Positions 1-11,086 of a stretch of 64,000 bases of DNA are shown here, piece after piece (positions within the stretch are counted from its first letter, which is position 1; every line of letters starts with the position of its first letter). The DNA is from Candidatus Cloacimonadales bacterium (lineage in GTDB: Bacteria; Cloacimonadota; Cloacimonadia; Cloacimonadales; JAIOQZ01), in NCBI GenBank assembly GCA_963674825.1, contig OY771587.1:1184001-1248000 (forward strand), in the 5' to 3' direction. The position numbers and the translations under genes were made by a program. The notes below the pieces were generated by a model, which was given only the letters and a program-made list of their open reading frames with translations, was not told the origin of the DNA and ran no database searches.

Positions 1-1
1 C

Positions 2-1546
2 GTCGTGGCACGAGTCGGAGACCAGGAAATAACCTATATCGACTTCCTCGCTTATGCCGACCGGAGCGACGAGGATGATTTCCCTCTCAATGAAAAGATT
101 AACCTTCTGGACAATATGGTCGTGCAGAAGGCCGTACTCGAATACGCTCAAAAGACAGGTATTTTCGAGGACGAAATCCGTGAACAGATCCAGAAGGAAA
201 AGGATTATTCTTTCCGCTCCATCCTGGATCAGGAATTCACACGCTATGCCGCTGACACAGGAAGTGGTGTAACCGACGCAGAAGGGAAGGCTTTCTTCTC
301 GCGACATCCTTATATTGCGCTCTACCGCATCGCCGTTCCGCGTATCAACGAAGGCTCGCGCAACCAGATCGGCATGGCGAAAGAGATGCTCGAAAGCGGC
401 AAACCATTTATCGATGTGCTGAATGAATACGCCGACCCATCCTTGCAAAGCAACAATGGCTTTTACGGCTACTATCCGCAGAAGCTCTTCTCACCCGGTA
501 CGCCGCAATATCTGGACGCGGCCGAGAAACTGACCGCTGCTGACCAGTACAGCGACATTATTGCTGATGGCTACCTCTACGAGATCCTTTATCGTGGCAA
601 CGACCCTGATTTCGAACAGGTCTGGCCGCTGGTTTATGGCGAACTCCGCACCCGTAAGTACCGCAATATGATGAAAGAGCTCGAGGACGACCTCGCATCA
701 CGCATTATCATCGACCGCAATTTCCTCACGGAAGTTAAGTTCATGGACGACGCGACGCTCAACGACCCCGAAACGCGCGCCCATATCGTAGTCAGGTACC
801 GTGAAGAAGGAAACACCATTCGGATGGAGGAATTCGCACAAATCCTTAAGGATCGCTTCAGCATCGTTGATCCGCGTGACGCAGCACCCGGCTGGCTGCT
901 CGATACCGCGTATGCTATTGCGCGCGAGGAGCTTCAGGTGCAGTATGCGCGGGATATCCACATCGATAACACACTGCGATTCAAGCTGCACTGGCTGATG
1001 AATCAGCTTGAGCTGGAGCAAGCTCGCGGCGCTAAGCTGGTACAGTTCATCGAAGACCGAGAAATGCAGATCAGCGACGAGGAGATCATGGCACGCTACA
1101 AGCAGAATCCCGATCGCTATCATCGATCCGATATCTTCAAGCTGCAAAAGATTGTCGTTCCCGATCACGAAATCGCTAAGGCCGCCTTCCGCGAGGTTCA
1201 AGCCGGACTCGATTTCACCGACGCTGTGCTAAAGTATTCCACGGAAGAGAACAAATCCTTCACGAAAGGCATCTCCGCCCCCATGAATAGAGAGTTCCTC
1301 AAGGACACCTACGACGTTATCAAGCCGTTCAACGCCGGCGATATTGTCCCACCCGTTCCCGAGGACGACCACTATGTGATCTACAAGATCCTCCAACGGA
1401 TCGAAGGCGCGCAACTGACCTTCACGCAGGTCAAAGAGCCGCTCCGAAAAGAGCTTCTCGATGAGAAGTGGGATAAGTGGTTCGAGCAATTGCAAACCGA
1501 CCACGGTATCAAGGTCGAAAAGTATTACGAAGAGCTGGAAGGGTAG
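2..1546 (+). CDS. Parvulin-type peptidyl-prolyl isomerase / SurA-PrsA-like chaperone (5' partial)
   Basis: Frame is open to the window edge. Two rotamase-like segments ('LESGKPFIDVLNEYAD', 'AGLDFTDAVLKYSTE..KG') and a PrsA-like tail 'LTFTQVKEPLRKELLDEK'. Confidence 0.75.
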   Translation, partial: VVARVGDQEITYIDFLAYADRSDEDDFPLNEKINLLDNMVVQKAVLEYAQKTGIFEDEIREQIQKEKDYSFRSILDQEFTRYAADTGSGVTDAEGKAFFSRHPYIALYRIAVPRINEGSRNQIGMAKEMLESGKPFIDVLNEYADPSLQSNNGFYGYYPQKLFSPGTPQYLDAAEKLTAADQYSDIIADGYLYEILYRGNDPDFEQVWPLVYGELRTRKYRNMMKELEDDLASRIIIDRNFLTEVKFMDDATLNDPETRAHIVVRYREEGNTIRMEEFAQILKDRFSIVDPRDAAPGWLLDTAYAIAREELQVQYARDIHIDNTLRFKLHWLMNQLELEQARGAKLVQFIEDREMQISDEEIMARYKQNPDRYHRSDIFKLQKIVVPDHEIAKAAFREVQAGLDFTDAVLKYSTEENKSFTKGISAPMNREFLKDTYDVIKPFNAGDIVPPVPEDDHYVIYKILQRIEGAQLTFTQVKEPLRKELLDEKWDKWFEQLQTDHGIKVEKYYEELEG

Positions 1547-1556
1547 GGGAAAAGAG

Positions 1557-1690
1557 AAGGGCAATCCAATGGATTGCCATACAGTATCATGGAAATCTTG
1601 CACAAGCGGTAGGGGCAGATCACCGTGTCTGCTGCTCACTATAGATTCATCCTCAAAACAATAAAGGGCAATCACAGTTGATTGCCCCAT
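1557..1690. repeat. Cluster of three GTAGGGGC/GGGCAATC-type REP-like palindromes between convergent genes
   Basis: AAGGGCAATCCAATGGATTGCCATAC (1557-1582), GTAGGGGCAGATCACCGTGTCTGCT (1609-1633), AAAGGGCAATCACAGTTGATTGCCCCAT (1663-1690). A related copy lies at 61614-61643. Confidence 0.6.
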
Positions 1691-1711
1691 CAATAGAGTC
1701 TATTTTTCGTA

Positions 1712-2683
1712 CTACAGATACCAATCGTCGGTCATGAGGTAATTGCGGATATAATCGGCAATGGCGTCTTCGAGGGTATGGGTTTCGATTTCGCATCCGG
1801 CGGACTTGATTTTATTCATCTCGGCCTGTGTGAAATACTGGTACGCGCCCTGAAGCTGGTCTGGCATGTCGATATACTCGATGTTGGGCTCTTTCCCCAT
1901 CGCCTTGAACACAGCATTAGCGAGGTCGTTCCAGGTGTTTGCCTGGCCGGTACCGATATTGAATATACCGTTCACGTCCGGGTGATTCAACAGCCACCAC
2001 ATATATTCCACCGCGTCTTTCACGTACACGAAATCGCGCTTCTGTCCGCCATCGGGATACTCGTCTCTGTATGACTTGAACAGCTTGATCCCGCCGGTAT
2101 CGCGAACCTGCTCGAACGCCTTCTGCACCATGCTGCGCATGGAACCCTTGTGGTATTCGTTGGGTCCGAACACGTTGAAGAACTTCAGTCCCGCAAGCTT
2201 CGCAATCGCGCCGGAGCGGATCGCCCAGAGATCGAAGACATGCTTGGAATAGCCGTACATATTGCGTGGACGTAGAAGCTGGAGGATGTCTTCGTTGTCG
2301 CTGTAACCGTGTTCGCCTTCGCCATACGTAGCCGCGCTGGATGCGTAGATGAAGCGGACGTTTCTGGCTATGGCCCATTCGGCCAAGACGCGCGTGTAAC
2401 GGTAATTGTTTTCCATCAAATAATCTGCGTCAGTTTCAGTTGTAGAAGAGCAAGCGCCCATGTGGACGATGGCATCGATTTCTCCATCGAAATCACCCAT
2501 TTGAAGCTGCTCAAGGAAATCTATCTTGTGCAGATAATCCATGTAGCTGAGATTGACCAGGTTCTTCCACTTGATCGATTCCGCAAGGTTGTCTACGATG
2601 AGAATATCGGCAATTCCCTCTTCGTTCAAACGCGATACAAATGCGCTCCCAATAAGTCCTGCACCACCAGTTACGACGATCAT
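1712..2683 (-). CDS. hldD: ADP-L-glycero-D-manno-heptose 6-epimerase
   Basis: MIVVTGGAGLIGS Rossmann motif, 'HMGACSSTTE', 'YASSAATYG', YGYSK, 'FNVFGPNEYHKGSM', 'YQYFTQA'. Confidence 0.95.
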   Translation of the reverse strand: MIVVTGGAGLIGSAFVSRLNEEGIADILIVDNLAESIKWKNLVNLSYMDYLHKIDFLEQLQMGDFDGEIDAIVHMGACSSTTETDADYLMENNYRYTRVLAEWAIARNVRFIYASSAATYGEGEHGYSDNEDILQLLRPRNMYGYSKHVFDLWAIRSGAIAKLAGLKFFNVFGPNEYHKGSMRSMVQKAFEQVRDTGGIKLFKSYRDEYPDGGQKRDFVYVKDAVEYMWWLLNHPDVNGIFNIGTGQANTWNDLANAVFKAMGKEPNIEYIDMPDQLQGAYQYFTQAEMNKIKSAGCEIETHTLEDAIADYIRNYLMTDDWYL

Positions 2684-3606
2684 TCCATTACTCCTTCTAT
2701 TGTCCGTTGCTGGAGTTTATCATAATTTCGGAAGTGTATTTTGGCAACGTTTTTCAGCTCGGAACGGCCAAATTTCCTGTCAAACTCCCGCGCAGCAACG
2801 TCAACAGGTGCACCGCCACCCTTGGGAAACACCATTCCGTATTTCTTGGAAAGATTGTCCATTTCGACCAGAAACCGGTGACGCGCCAGGATTGATGCCG
2901 CCGCCACAGCAGGGTCCGCTTCTGCGCGTACCACGTTGACAAGCGGAATGTTAGATATATCCTTCAGGCCACCCTTCAGCACCCGATTGTCAGCAAATTT
3001 ATCCACGATAAGCCCCTCAGTGGGAAAACGCTTGTAGCTGTTTGCCAGCACTCTGGCATGCATCCAGCCCAGAAGTTGATTCAGCTTCTTCCCCTGTGAG
3101 CGGAAGTTTTCGTAGAGCTCGTTGTACTTGGATGGCATCAGTGCCAGGATCTCAATCCTGTATTTGAATCGTTGCAGAAGCTTCTCCGCAATCTGATGGA
3201 TGTTCTTGTCGGTGATGCGCTTGGAGTCGTCCAGCGGATAGCCGCGCAGATTCTTGAGCGTCTCCTGATCCACATTGAACGCACACACAACCAGCGGCCC
3301 AAAGAAATCGCCCTTTCCTGACTCATCAGATCCGATCCAGCTCTTCCAGTCGTGCAGGCTCGATTGTTCGTGACGGTGAAGGATCTGACTCACTTCATCT
3401 TTCAGAGGATTGTCTTTCTTACCACCATATACGAGCGACAGCCCCTTTTTCTGGGACCAGTAGATGTTGAGCGGTAACGAGGCGGTACCTTTTTGAAACG
3501 TCAGCTGAACGCCGTAAGGTATCTCTTTTTCGTCTGTCAGCATGATTCGTGATTTTTCAAGCTTGGGAAGATTCTCTTCAAGCCAGATCATGATCTGTTT
3601 TTCCAC
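2680..3606 (-). CDS. rnhC: Ribonuclease HIII
   Basis: 'IGSDESGKGDFFGPLVV', 'DDSK', 'VAAASILAR', 'AKIHF' plus an N-terminal extension of about 85 aa. Its stop overlaps the hldD start (ATGA). Confidence 0.85.
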   Translation of the reverse strand: MEKQIMIWLEENLPKLEKSRIMLTDEKEIPYGVQLTFQKGTASLPLNIYWSQKKGLSLVYGGKKDNPLKDEVSQILHRHEQSSLHDWKSWIGSDESGKGDFFGPLVVCAFNVDQETLKNLRGYPLDDSKRITDKNIHQIAEKLLQRFKYRIEILALMPSKYNELYENFRSQGKKLNQLLGWMHARVLANSYKRFPTEGLIVDKFADNRVLKGGLKDISNIPLVNVVRAEADPAVAAASILARHRFLVEMDNLSKKYGMVFPKGGGAPVDVAAREFDRKFGRSELKNVAKIHFRNYDKLQQRTIEGVME

Positions 3607-3851
3607 CTGCGAAGAACTCCTTATTCGGATTTGTGCCGAGTATTTTCATAGCGTTGATATCGTCAACAAACGAATATCGTGTGTGGCTGTTTCCAGGATA
3701 ATGAATACGCTCACATATTAACCCAATATAATTAATAGAAATATGTCAGAAAATCAGCGCTAAAGAGAAATTTATATTGACGATAATTTCAATATTACAC
3801 TATCCTATAATAGTGGGCTGGGGGTGATGAAAACCGTTATCGGGAGGCCTA

Positions 3852-5771
3852 ATGAAGAGTTGCACCGACGATTTAACTACACTTCAACATGAAAATGCTC
3901 GACTTGAAGCTCAAGTATCCAATTTAACGACCAGTCTCCACACATTCGATGTCACATTGCGAAGCATTGGCGATGGGATCATCTGCACAGACCTCAATCG
4001 TACGATCACTATGATCAACCAGGCTGCATCAAATTTGACGGGATGGCAAGAGGACGAAGCCATCGGGAAACCGTTGCTTGAGGTGTTCAATATTATCAGC
4101 GAGGAGACCAGAGAAAAGGCGAAAGATCCTGTCGCGCTCGTGCTCAAGTCCGGGCATGTGGAAGGCCTGGCAAATCATACGCTATTGATCCGAAAAAATG
4201 GCGAGGAATTACCTATCGCTGACAGCGCTGCGCCTATCAGTGACTCGGAAGGAAACATCTCCGGCGTGGTTCTCGTCTTCCGCGACCAGACAGAACAGAG
4301 AAGAGCCGAAGAAACGCTCAAATGCGAACACGACCAGATGCTGGCATTGTTCGACGGTATTGACGACGTAATCTATGTCGCAGATCCAAGAACCTATGAG
4401 CTTCTTTACTTCAATACAAGCGCGCGGAAGACGTGGGGAGAAGACATTATAGGAAAGAAATGCTACAAGGTACTCCAAAACCTCGATGCGCCGTGCCCCT
4501 TCTGCACCAACGACAAGATATTAGGTGAATACTTCGGAAAGTCGTATGTGTGGGAATTCCAGAACATGGTCGCGAGGAACTGGTATCGTTGCTCCGACAA
4601 GGCAATCCGTTGGATTGACGGACGTTACGTCCGCTTTGAAATTGCTGCGGATATCACCGAGTTTAAAAACACCGAATTGTCGTTGCAAAAAAGCGAGGCA
4701 TTTAACAAAGCGCTGATCAACAGCATTCCCATGAAGATGTTCATCAAAGATCCTGATCTGAACTACATCATGATCGACCGTGGTTATGCTAACTCTCTTG
4801 GCCTGGAACCGGAAGAAATCGTCGGAAACAACGATTTTGACTATTACCCGAGCGAACTTGCCGAGAAATACAGGGCAGACGATCGGGAAGTATTACTTAG
4901 CGGTGAGGTTAAAGATGTCGAAGAACCTTTCGTCTTGGGCGGGAACGAATATTGGGTACACACAATAAAAAGCCCAGTCCGTAACGCAAAACGAGAGATA
5001 ATCGCTCTATTGGGATTGTTCGAAGATATCACCCGCAGAAAACAGACGGAGTTCGAGCTGATTAAGACCATGGAAGCATTGAAGATATCGAATCAGGAGC
5101 TTGAACAATTCGCGTATGTTGCCTCCCATGATCTTCAAGAACCTCTTCGGATGGTTTCCAGCTACACACAGCTCTTGGAAAAACGATACAAGGATCAACT
5201 CGACCAGGATGCAAAAGACTTCATCAATTATGCAGTCGACGGCGCAAACCGCATGCAGAAACTGATTCAGGATCTCCTGTCCTTCTCGCGCGTTACCACA
5301 AGAGGCAGAGAATTCGTATCAATCGATACACATGAACCTCTTGGGGAAGCGGTCAGCAATCTCCAGATGATCATCCGCGAAAGTGGCGCAATGGTCAGCA
5401 ATGACGAGCTACCACCGGTGCGCGGCGATTATTCGCAGATCGTTCAGTTGTTCCAAAATCTCATTTGCAATGGAATTCGCTATCAGAAAAGAGGGGAAGC
5501 GCCACGAATTTATATCCACGCTCTAAAATCCCCATCGAATCAGAATCAAATCGAGTTCACCGTTTCCGATAATGGTATCGGAATCGAAGATAAGTATTTC
5601 GAAAGAATCTTCGTGATTTTCCAACGACTTCATGGAAGGCAGGAGTATCCTGGAACAGGCTTGGGCCTTGCGCTATGCAAGCGCATCGTCGAAAGGCATG
5701 GTGGCCGGATATGGGTCGATTCAGAATTCGGCAAAGGATCAACCTTCCACTTCACGTTACCCTCTGCGTAA
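3852..5771 (+). CDS. Cytoplasmic multi-PAS sensor histidine kinase (Cph1-like HisKA)
   Basis: Three PAS domains; H-box '[17 protein letters not shown]', N-box '[10 protein letters not shown]', 'DNGIGI', 'GTGLGL'. No TM segment. Confidence 0.92.
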   Translation: MKSCTDDLTTLQHENARLEAQVSNLTTSLHTFDVTLRSIGDGIICTDLNRTITMINQAASNLTGWQEDEAIGKPLLEVFNIISEETREKAKDPVALVLKSGHVEGLANHTLLIRKNGEELPIADSAAPISDSEGNISGVVLVFRDQTEQRRAEETLKCEHDQMLALFDGIDDVIYVADPRTYELLYFNTSARKTWGEDIIGKKCYKVLQNLDAPCPFCTNDKILGEYFGKSYVWEFQNMVARNWYRCSDKAIRWIDGRYVRFEIAADITEFKNTELSLQKSEAFNKALINSIPMKMFIKDPDLNYIMIDRGYANSLGLEPEEIVGNNDFDYYPSELAEKYRADDREVLLSGEVKDVEEPFVLGGNEYWVHTIKSPVRNAKREIIALLGLFEDITRRKQTEFELIKTMEALKISNQELEQFAYVASHDLQEPLRMVSSYTQLLEKRYKDQLDQDAKDFINYAVDGANRMQKLIQDLLSFSRVTTRGREFVSIDTHEPLGEAVSNLQMIIRESGAMVSNDELPPVRGDYSQIVQLFQNLICNGIRYQKRGEAPRIYIHALKSPSNQNQIEFTVSDNGIGIEDKYFERIFVIFQRLHGRQEYPGTGLGLALCKRIVERHGGRIWVDSEFGKGSTFHFTLPSA

Positions 5772-5789
5772 TGAGGGAAAGGATCTACT

Positions 5790-6239
5790 ATGACGCGACG
5801 TTCGATGGGAAACGCAATCGATATTCTTCTTGTGGAAGATAATGAAGGAGATGCACGGCTCGCAAAAGAGGCAATGCGCGACAGTAAAATTGAAAACACC
5901 ATCTACCATGTCCTCGATGGCGTTGAAGCAATGAAATTCCTTCGCCACGAAGGGGAATACGCAGATTCTCCACGACCAGATTTGATCCTGCTGGACCTGA
6001 ACCTGCCCAAGAAAGATGGCCGAGAGGTTCTCGCCGATATCAAACAGGATGACTCGCTTAAGCGCATTCCAGTCGTTATCCTTACTGTCAGCAGCGCTGA
6101 AGAAGATATCCTGAAGTCGTACAATCTACACGCGAATTGCTATATTTCCAAGCCGATCGATCTCGACCAGTTCATGAAAGTCGTGAAATCGGTCGAAGAT
6201 TTCTGGCTAACCATTGTGAAGCTCCCCAATGAAGCCTGA
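5790..6239 (+). CDS. Stand-alone response regulator (Rcp1-like)
   Basis: 'ILLVEDNEGD', 'PDLILLDLNLPKKDGREVL', 'ANCYISKP'. Confidence 0.92.
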   Translation: MTRRSMGNAIDILLVEDNEGDARLAKEAMRDSKIENTIYHVLDGVEAMKFLRHEGEYADSPRPDLILLDLNLPKKDGREVLADIKQDDSLKRIPVVILTVSSAEEDILKSYNLHANCYISKPIDLDQFMKVVKSVEDFWLTIVKLPNEA

Positions 6240-6249
6240 GGGCGCATCT

Positions 6250-9066
6250 ATGGAAAGTGATCAGATAAAGGTTTTGTTGATTGAGGACAATCCCGGAGAC
6301 GCCAGACTGATCCAGGAAATGCTGCGAAGCCTCAAGCATGCGCAAATACAGCATAAGACCTGCCTGAAAGACGGCCTCCAATACCTCCTCACTGAATCCG
6401 TGGATGTTGTTCTACTCGATCTCGGACTACCTGACAGCCAGAACCTCGATACTTTCTACATTGTGAAGAAAAACTCGCCATTCACGCCTGTCGTGGTACT
6501 CACCGGTAATCGTGACGAAGAAGTCGGAGAGAAAGCGGTTCAAGAAGGCGCTCAAGATTTTTACATCAAAGGCGAAATCGATGAATACTCCCTTCGGCGA
6601 GCCATTAAGTACGCCATGGAAAGGTTCGAGATCCATGAGCAGCTGAATCACCTGAACCATGTGCTGATGTCGATTCGTAATGTGAATCAGCTTATCGTGC
6701 AAGAGCGTGACCCCAAGCAGTTGGTCCAGAAAATCTGTAATGTGCTGGTGGACAATAGAGGCTATAACGCAGCCTGGATCGCCCTTGCTGATACAGATGG
6801 GAAGCCCTACCTCGCAGCTCATTGTGGTTGGAACGATCATTTCGATTCGGTTGAAGATATTCTTTCAGAAGGCATCTGGACTGCGTGCCATGAAACCATA
6901 GAGAAATCGGGTGACGACATCATAGTCATAAATCCACAAAATCAATGCGATGGCTGCCCATTGAGAGAGTTTTACGGCGGTGATTTGTCCATCGTTATCG
7001 AGCTTCGACACGGAGACAGATGTTATGGCATGCTGGTAGCGGCATTCCACTCGAAAATCAATATGGACGATTTCGAGAAATCTCTGATCAGAGAAGTAGC
7101 TGGTGATATCGCTTTCGCACTTCACTCGATAGATCTCGAAGAGCGCGAAAAGGAAATCGAGAAACAGTATCAAAGGCTTTATAAGACAATGGCACAAGGT
7201 GTCGTCTTCCAAAATAGCGAGGGCCAGATCATTCACGCCAATCCCGCGGCAGAAAAGATATTGGGGCTGACACTGGATCAGATGCAAGGCCGAACGTCAA
7301 TCGATACACGCTGGAGAGCAATCCGTGAAGATGGATCTGATCTTCCCGGCGATGAGCATTTCGCCATGATCGCCCTTAGAACCGGGCAATCGGCAAGTGG
7401 TATAATGGGGGTGGTAAATTCCCAGACAGCCCAATACACATGGATCAATGTCCACGCAGTTCCAGAGTATGATGATTCCATGACGAAACCGATTGGAGTA
7501 TTCTCGACATTCGAAGATATCACGGAGCGAAAGATCGTCCAGCAACAGCTTGCAGAGAGTGTAGAGAAATACCGTGCAATGGTTCAGAATATCGGAATTG
7601 GCGTAACGATGATAAGTCCCGATATGCGCATCCTTGAAATGAATCGTCAAATGCGCGAATGGTACCCCGGAGTCGATATATCCAGAAATCCTCTGTGTTT
7701 CCGTCATTTCCGCAATCCTGCGAAAGACGAGGTATGCGATGAATGCCCAACCGTCATGGCACTTAGAACCGGGAAGGCAGCCGAAACAATCATCGATGTC
7801 GATTTCGGAGGAAAAACCAGGAGATTCAGAGTCGCCGCATCCCCCATCCGCGACGAGAGCGGGGATGTTGTCGCCGCAATCGAGATGGTCGAAGATATCA
7901 CTGAACGACTGTCACTGGAAGAACAGCTCCGTCAATCTCAGAAACTTGAAGCAATCGGGCAGCTTGCAGGCGGTGTGGCTCATGATTTCAATAATATGCT
8001 GGGCGTCATCATCGGTTACGGTGAACTGATGATGGACACCATGCACGAAAACGATCCTCTTCACGAACTCGCGAACGAAATCGTGAAAGCCGGACAACGT
8101 TCAGCCGGACTCACTCGACAGCTCCTCGCTTTCAGCCGCAAGCAAACCTTGCAATTGCGCATCGTCGATCTGAATATGCTGATTGAGAACCTCAACAAGA
8201 TGCTCCGCAGACTCATCGGCGAGGATATCGATTACGAAACCTATCTCACACCAGATCTCGACCTTGTGGAAGTCGATCCGGGACAAATCGAACAGGTTAT
8301 CATCAACATGGCGGTCAATGCCCGGGACGCCATGCCGCATGGCGGAAAGCTGACAATCGAGACTCGGAATTTCGAAGTCAACGAAGAGTACGTCTGCACA
8401 CACTACAACGTGGATGAAGGAAGGTATGTCTCGATCCTTATTTCGGACAACGGAATAGGTATGGACGAAGAGACGCGCAGAAAAATCTTCGAACCTTTCT
8501 TTACCACGAAAGGAAAGGGCAAAGGAACCGGACTGGGCCTTGCAACCGTTTACGGAATCGTTCGGCAGTTGGGGGGTACTATCATGGTATATAGTGAGGA
8601 GGATAAGGGTACAACATTCAAGGTACTCCTGCCCATCTCGAAATCCGGCACTGAAGAACCGCAACAGGCTCCATTATCAGAAAAAACCATCTCGCTCTGC
8701 GAGAAGAAGATATTGATTGTCGAAGACGACGACTCCCTGCGATTTTTAATCCAGCGAGCCTTCAAAAAATTGAATTGTGAGGTCAGGACATCCGCCAACG
8801 GTGGCGAAGCGCTGCTGGAAGTTGAAGAGAAAGGCTTTGTGCCCGACATCATCGTGACGGACGTCGTGATGCCCGAGATGAGTGGAAAAATCCTGATCAA
8901 TAGGCTGCGCAAGACCATGCCCAATCTCAAGTTCGTGTTTATGTCAGGTTATACTGACAACGCCATCGTTCATCACGGCATTCTCGATCCCGATACACCA
9001 TTTATTCAGAAGCCCTTCAACATGAAGGATTTGATAAAAAAGATCGAAGATACCTTGAACTCGTAG
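6250..9066 (+). CDS. Hybrid sensor kinase REC-GAF-PAS-PAS-HisKA-HATPase-REC
   Basis: N-terminal receiver '[18 protein letters not shown]', H-box 'GGVAHDFNN', '[14 protein letters not shown]', C-terminal receiver 'TDVVMP..FMSGY..QKPF'. ATG 6250 preferred (GAGGG upstream); the ORF extends to 6229. Confidence 0.92.
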   Translation: MESDQIKVLLIEDNPGDARLIQEMLRSLKHAQIQHKTCLKDGLQYLLTESVDVVLLDLGLPDSQNLDTFYIVKKNSPFTPVVVLTGNRDEEVGEKAVQEGAQDFYIKGEIDEYSLRRAIKYAMERFEIHEQLNHLNHVLMSIRNVNQLIVQERDPKQLVQKICNVLVDNRGYNAAWIALADTDGKPYLAAHCGWNDHFDSVEDILSEGIWTACHETIEKSGDDIIVINPQNQCDGCPLREFYGGDLSIVIELRHGDRCYGMLVAAFHSKINMDDFEKSLIREVAGDIAFALHSIDLEEREKEIEKQYQRLYKTMAQGVVFQNSEGQIIHANPAAEKILGLTLDQMQGRTSIDTRWRAIREDGSDLPGDEHFAMIALRTGQSASGIMGVVNSQTAQYTWINVHAVPEYDDSMTKPIGVFSTFEDITERKIVQQQLAESVEKYRAMVQNIGIGVTMISPDMRILEMNRQMREWYPGVDISRNPLCFRHFRNPAKDEVCDECPTVMALRTGKAAETIIDVDFGGKTRRFRVAASPIRDESGDVVAAIEMVEDITERLSLEEQLRQSQKLEAIGQLAGGVAHDFNNMLGVIIGYGELMMDTMHENDPLHELANEIVKAGQRSAGLTRQLLAFSRKQTLQLRIVDLNMLIENLNKMLRRLIGEDIDYETYLTPDLDLVEVDPGQIEQVIINMAVNARDAMPHGGKLTIETRNFEVNEEYVCTHYNVDEGRYVSILISDNGIGMDEETRRKIFEPFFTTKGKGKGTGLGLATVYGIVRQLGGTIMVYSEEDKGTTFKVLLPISKSGTEEPQQAPLSEKTISLCEKKILIVEDDDSLRFLIQRAFKKLNCEVRTSANGGEALLEVEEKGFVPDIIVTDVVMPEMSGKILINRLRKTMPNLKFVFMSGYTDNAIVHHGILDPDTPFIQKPFNMKDLIKKIEDTLNS

Positions 9067-9088
9067 AACCCAAGCAAAGGAGCAACAA

Positions 9089-9307
9089 ATGGCCGATTGT
9101 GAGTGCTTGCCGAAGTGCCCGTTCTTCCATGATCGAATGACGAACATGCCGGCAGTTGCAGAAATGATGAAAAAGCGATACTGTAAGGGCGATAGCAGCG
9201 GATGCGCCCGGTACATGATCTTTAAAAAGCTGGGCAGAGAGAAGGTTCCGGCAGATCTCTTCCCTCACATGAAAGAAGTTGCCGAACAGATCATCTCAAA
9301 GGGATAA
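9089..9307 (+). CDS. Small Cys-rich hypothetical protein
   Basis: AAGGAG RBS; motif CxC-x3-CPFF-x18-YC-x6-CARY...VPxDLFP. Last gene of the signalling cassette, followed by a terminator. Confidence 0.8.
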   Translation: MADCECLPKCPFFHDRMTNMPAVAEMMKKRYCKGDSSGCARYMIFKKLGREKVPADLFPHMKEVAEQIISKG

Positions 9308-9330
9308 CTTAATTCTATCCCGAAAAGATT

Positions 9331-9363
9331 AAGGGCAACCGTGATGGTTGCCCTTGTTTCTTT
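9331..9363. terminator. Intrinsic terminator between convergent genes (stem resembles the REP family)
   Basis: AAGGGCAACC-GTGAT-GGTTGCCCTT followed by GTTTCTTT. Confidence 0.7.
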
Positions 9364-9380
9364 ATATAAATAAAGCCATC

Positions 9381-10961
9381 TTACAGCTCATTCTCGAGCA
9401 ATTCGATCGCCTTTTCGATATCGATATAAGCAACCTTGTCTGTCTCCCAGAACTCCACGCCCTTCTCACGCAGCTTCTTGTAGATACGCAGGGTTTCGTT
9501 TCCGAAGAGCTCATCGGCTGTCTGTCCCTTGAATTCATCGTCAATGCGGAGTCGCATATCCAGCGCTTGGCAGGCGGTGATATATTCGATGGCGATGATG
9601 CGTTTCACATTCTCGAGGATTTCCCGGAACTGGCGTGCCGAGATCGGGCCCATGGAAACGTGGTCTTCCATATCTTCGCTGGTAGGAATCGAATCGACGC
9701 AAGCCGGATGCGCGAGCACTTTGTTTTCTGAAGCAAGCGCTGCCGCCGTGTATTGCAGGATCATCACGCCGCTCTGCAATCCGGGATCGCTGGTGAGCAT
9801 GCTGGGAAGCCCATGACTGATATATTGCGAGGTAAGCTTGAAGATACGCCGCTCGGAGATATTGCCCAGCTCCGCCATGGCAATCTTCATGAAGTCGCTG
9901 GCAAGCGCGATCGGCTCACCGTGGAAATTACCACCGGACAGGAAAGTCTTGCCATCCTCAGCGTCCGGGATAATGAGTGGATTATCGGTAACAGCATTGG
10001 CTTCACGTTCGATGATCGGCGCTGCGAGATCGATACTGGCCTTGATCGGGCCCACGACCTGCGGGAAGCAACGAAGCGAATAGCTGTCCTGCACCTCGCC
10101 CTGACGCGAATCGATCAGCTTGCTACCGCTATAGTATTCTCGAACCTGCTGGGCGATAAGCTGTTGCCCTTTCTGGCGGCGCAGCTCGTGAATGCGCGGA
10201 TGGAACGCGTCAGAAACACCGCGAAGCGCTTCCAGAGAAGCCGTAAAGACCTTCACAGCATTATCAAGCAGCGTACGAGCATCGCAGACAGCGAGTACCG
10301 CAATCGCGGTCATCATGTTGGTTCCGTTGTTGAGCGCCAGACCTTCTTTCGCGTCCAGAACGACCCGTTCGATACCGGCGTTGCGCATGGCTTCACTACC
10401 AGGAATGGTACGCACACGGAAGTCGTCGCGATGGCGATTCTCTTCCACGATCACGCGACCGCTGCAATCGTCGCAGTCGTCGTCTTCATCGCAAGATAAA
10501 ACCAGCGCGATGTGCGAAAGCGGCGCGAGGTCACCACTGGCTCCGACGGATCCCTGCTCGGGGACCGCAGGATGAACACCCTTGTTGAGCATGTCGAGAA
10601 GCGTTTGCAGCGTGTTCAGCCGGATACCGGAGAAACCGCTCGAGAGCGAATTGGCACGCAGCAGCATCATGGCACGTACGACTTCCACCGGCAGGTATTT
10701 GCCAACGCCTGTGGAATGGCTGATAATCAGGTTACGTTGCAACTGACGAAGCTTATCCGCAGGGATACGCTTGTCCTTGAGTGCGCCGAACCCGGTGTTG
10801 ATGCCGTACACGACTTTTTTATCGCGGATGATGCGATCGACTTCCTCGCGGCAATGGAGTACGCGCTGTTTCGCTTCTTCCGTCAGCGCGACCTGCTCTC
10901 CTTCCCGCGCGACACGCCGAATCTCGTCCAATTTCAATGAGCGTCCATCTATATAGATCAT
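9381..10961 (-). CDS. hutH: Histidine ammonia-lyase
   Basis: 'VYGINTGFG', MIO motif 'GSVGASGDLAPL', 'NLIISH' (HAL-type Ser-His), 'KEGLAL.NGT', 'QDSYSLRC', 'GGNFHG', 'EDHVSM'. Confidence 0.9.
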   Translation of the reverse strand: MIYIDGRSLKLDEIRRVAREGEQVALTEEAKQRVLHCREEVDRIIRDKKVVYGINTGFGALKDKRIPADKLRQLQRNLIISHSTGVGKYLPVEVVRAMMLLRANSLSSGFSGIRLNTLQTLLDMLNKGVHPAVPEQGSVGASGDLAPLSHIALVLSCDEDDDCDDCSGRVIVEENRHRDDFRVRTIPGSEAMRNAGIERVVLDAKEGLALNNGTNMMTAIAVLAVCDARTLLDNAVKVFTASLEALRGVSDAFHPRIHELRRQKGQQLIAQQVREYYSGSKLIDSRQGEVQDSYSLRCFPQVVGPIKASIDLAAPIIEREANAVTDNPLIIPDAEDGKTFLSGGNFHGEPIALASDFMKIAMAELGNISERRIFKLTSQYISHGLPSMLTSDPGLQSGVMILQYTAAALASENKVLAHPACVDSIPTSEDMEDHVSMGPISARQFREILENVKRIIAIEYITACQALDMRLRIDDEFKGQTADELFGNETLRIYKKLREKGVEFWETDKVAYIDIEKAIELLENEL

Positions 10962-11086
10962 GGTGTTACCGCCTTTTAGCTAATTTCTTGCAAAAATCTT
11001 CAGGGGCTTCATTGTGTCAATCAAAGTTCCTTGCGCGCGGTAAAAAATGCGGTGATATCATGCGAAATCGTACCTGAGCAAGAAGC

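Noticed and set aside
1557..1690. Possible mini-CRISPR array
   Set aside because: The repeats are non-identical palindromes with irregular spacing and there are no cas genes; REP-like instead.
2680..2683. Functional link between RNase HIII and hldD implied by their overlap
   Set aside because: Overlaps between unrelated housekeeping genes occur elsewhere in this window (e.g. yfhO-rsmI-NUDIX); no further support.
3852..6239. Bacteriophytochrome call for the kinase/Rcp1 pair
   Set aside because: No PAS-GAF-PHY module or DIP motif; only the kinase core and receiver are of that subfamily.
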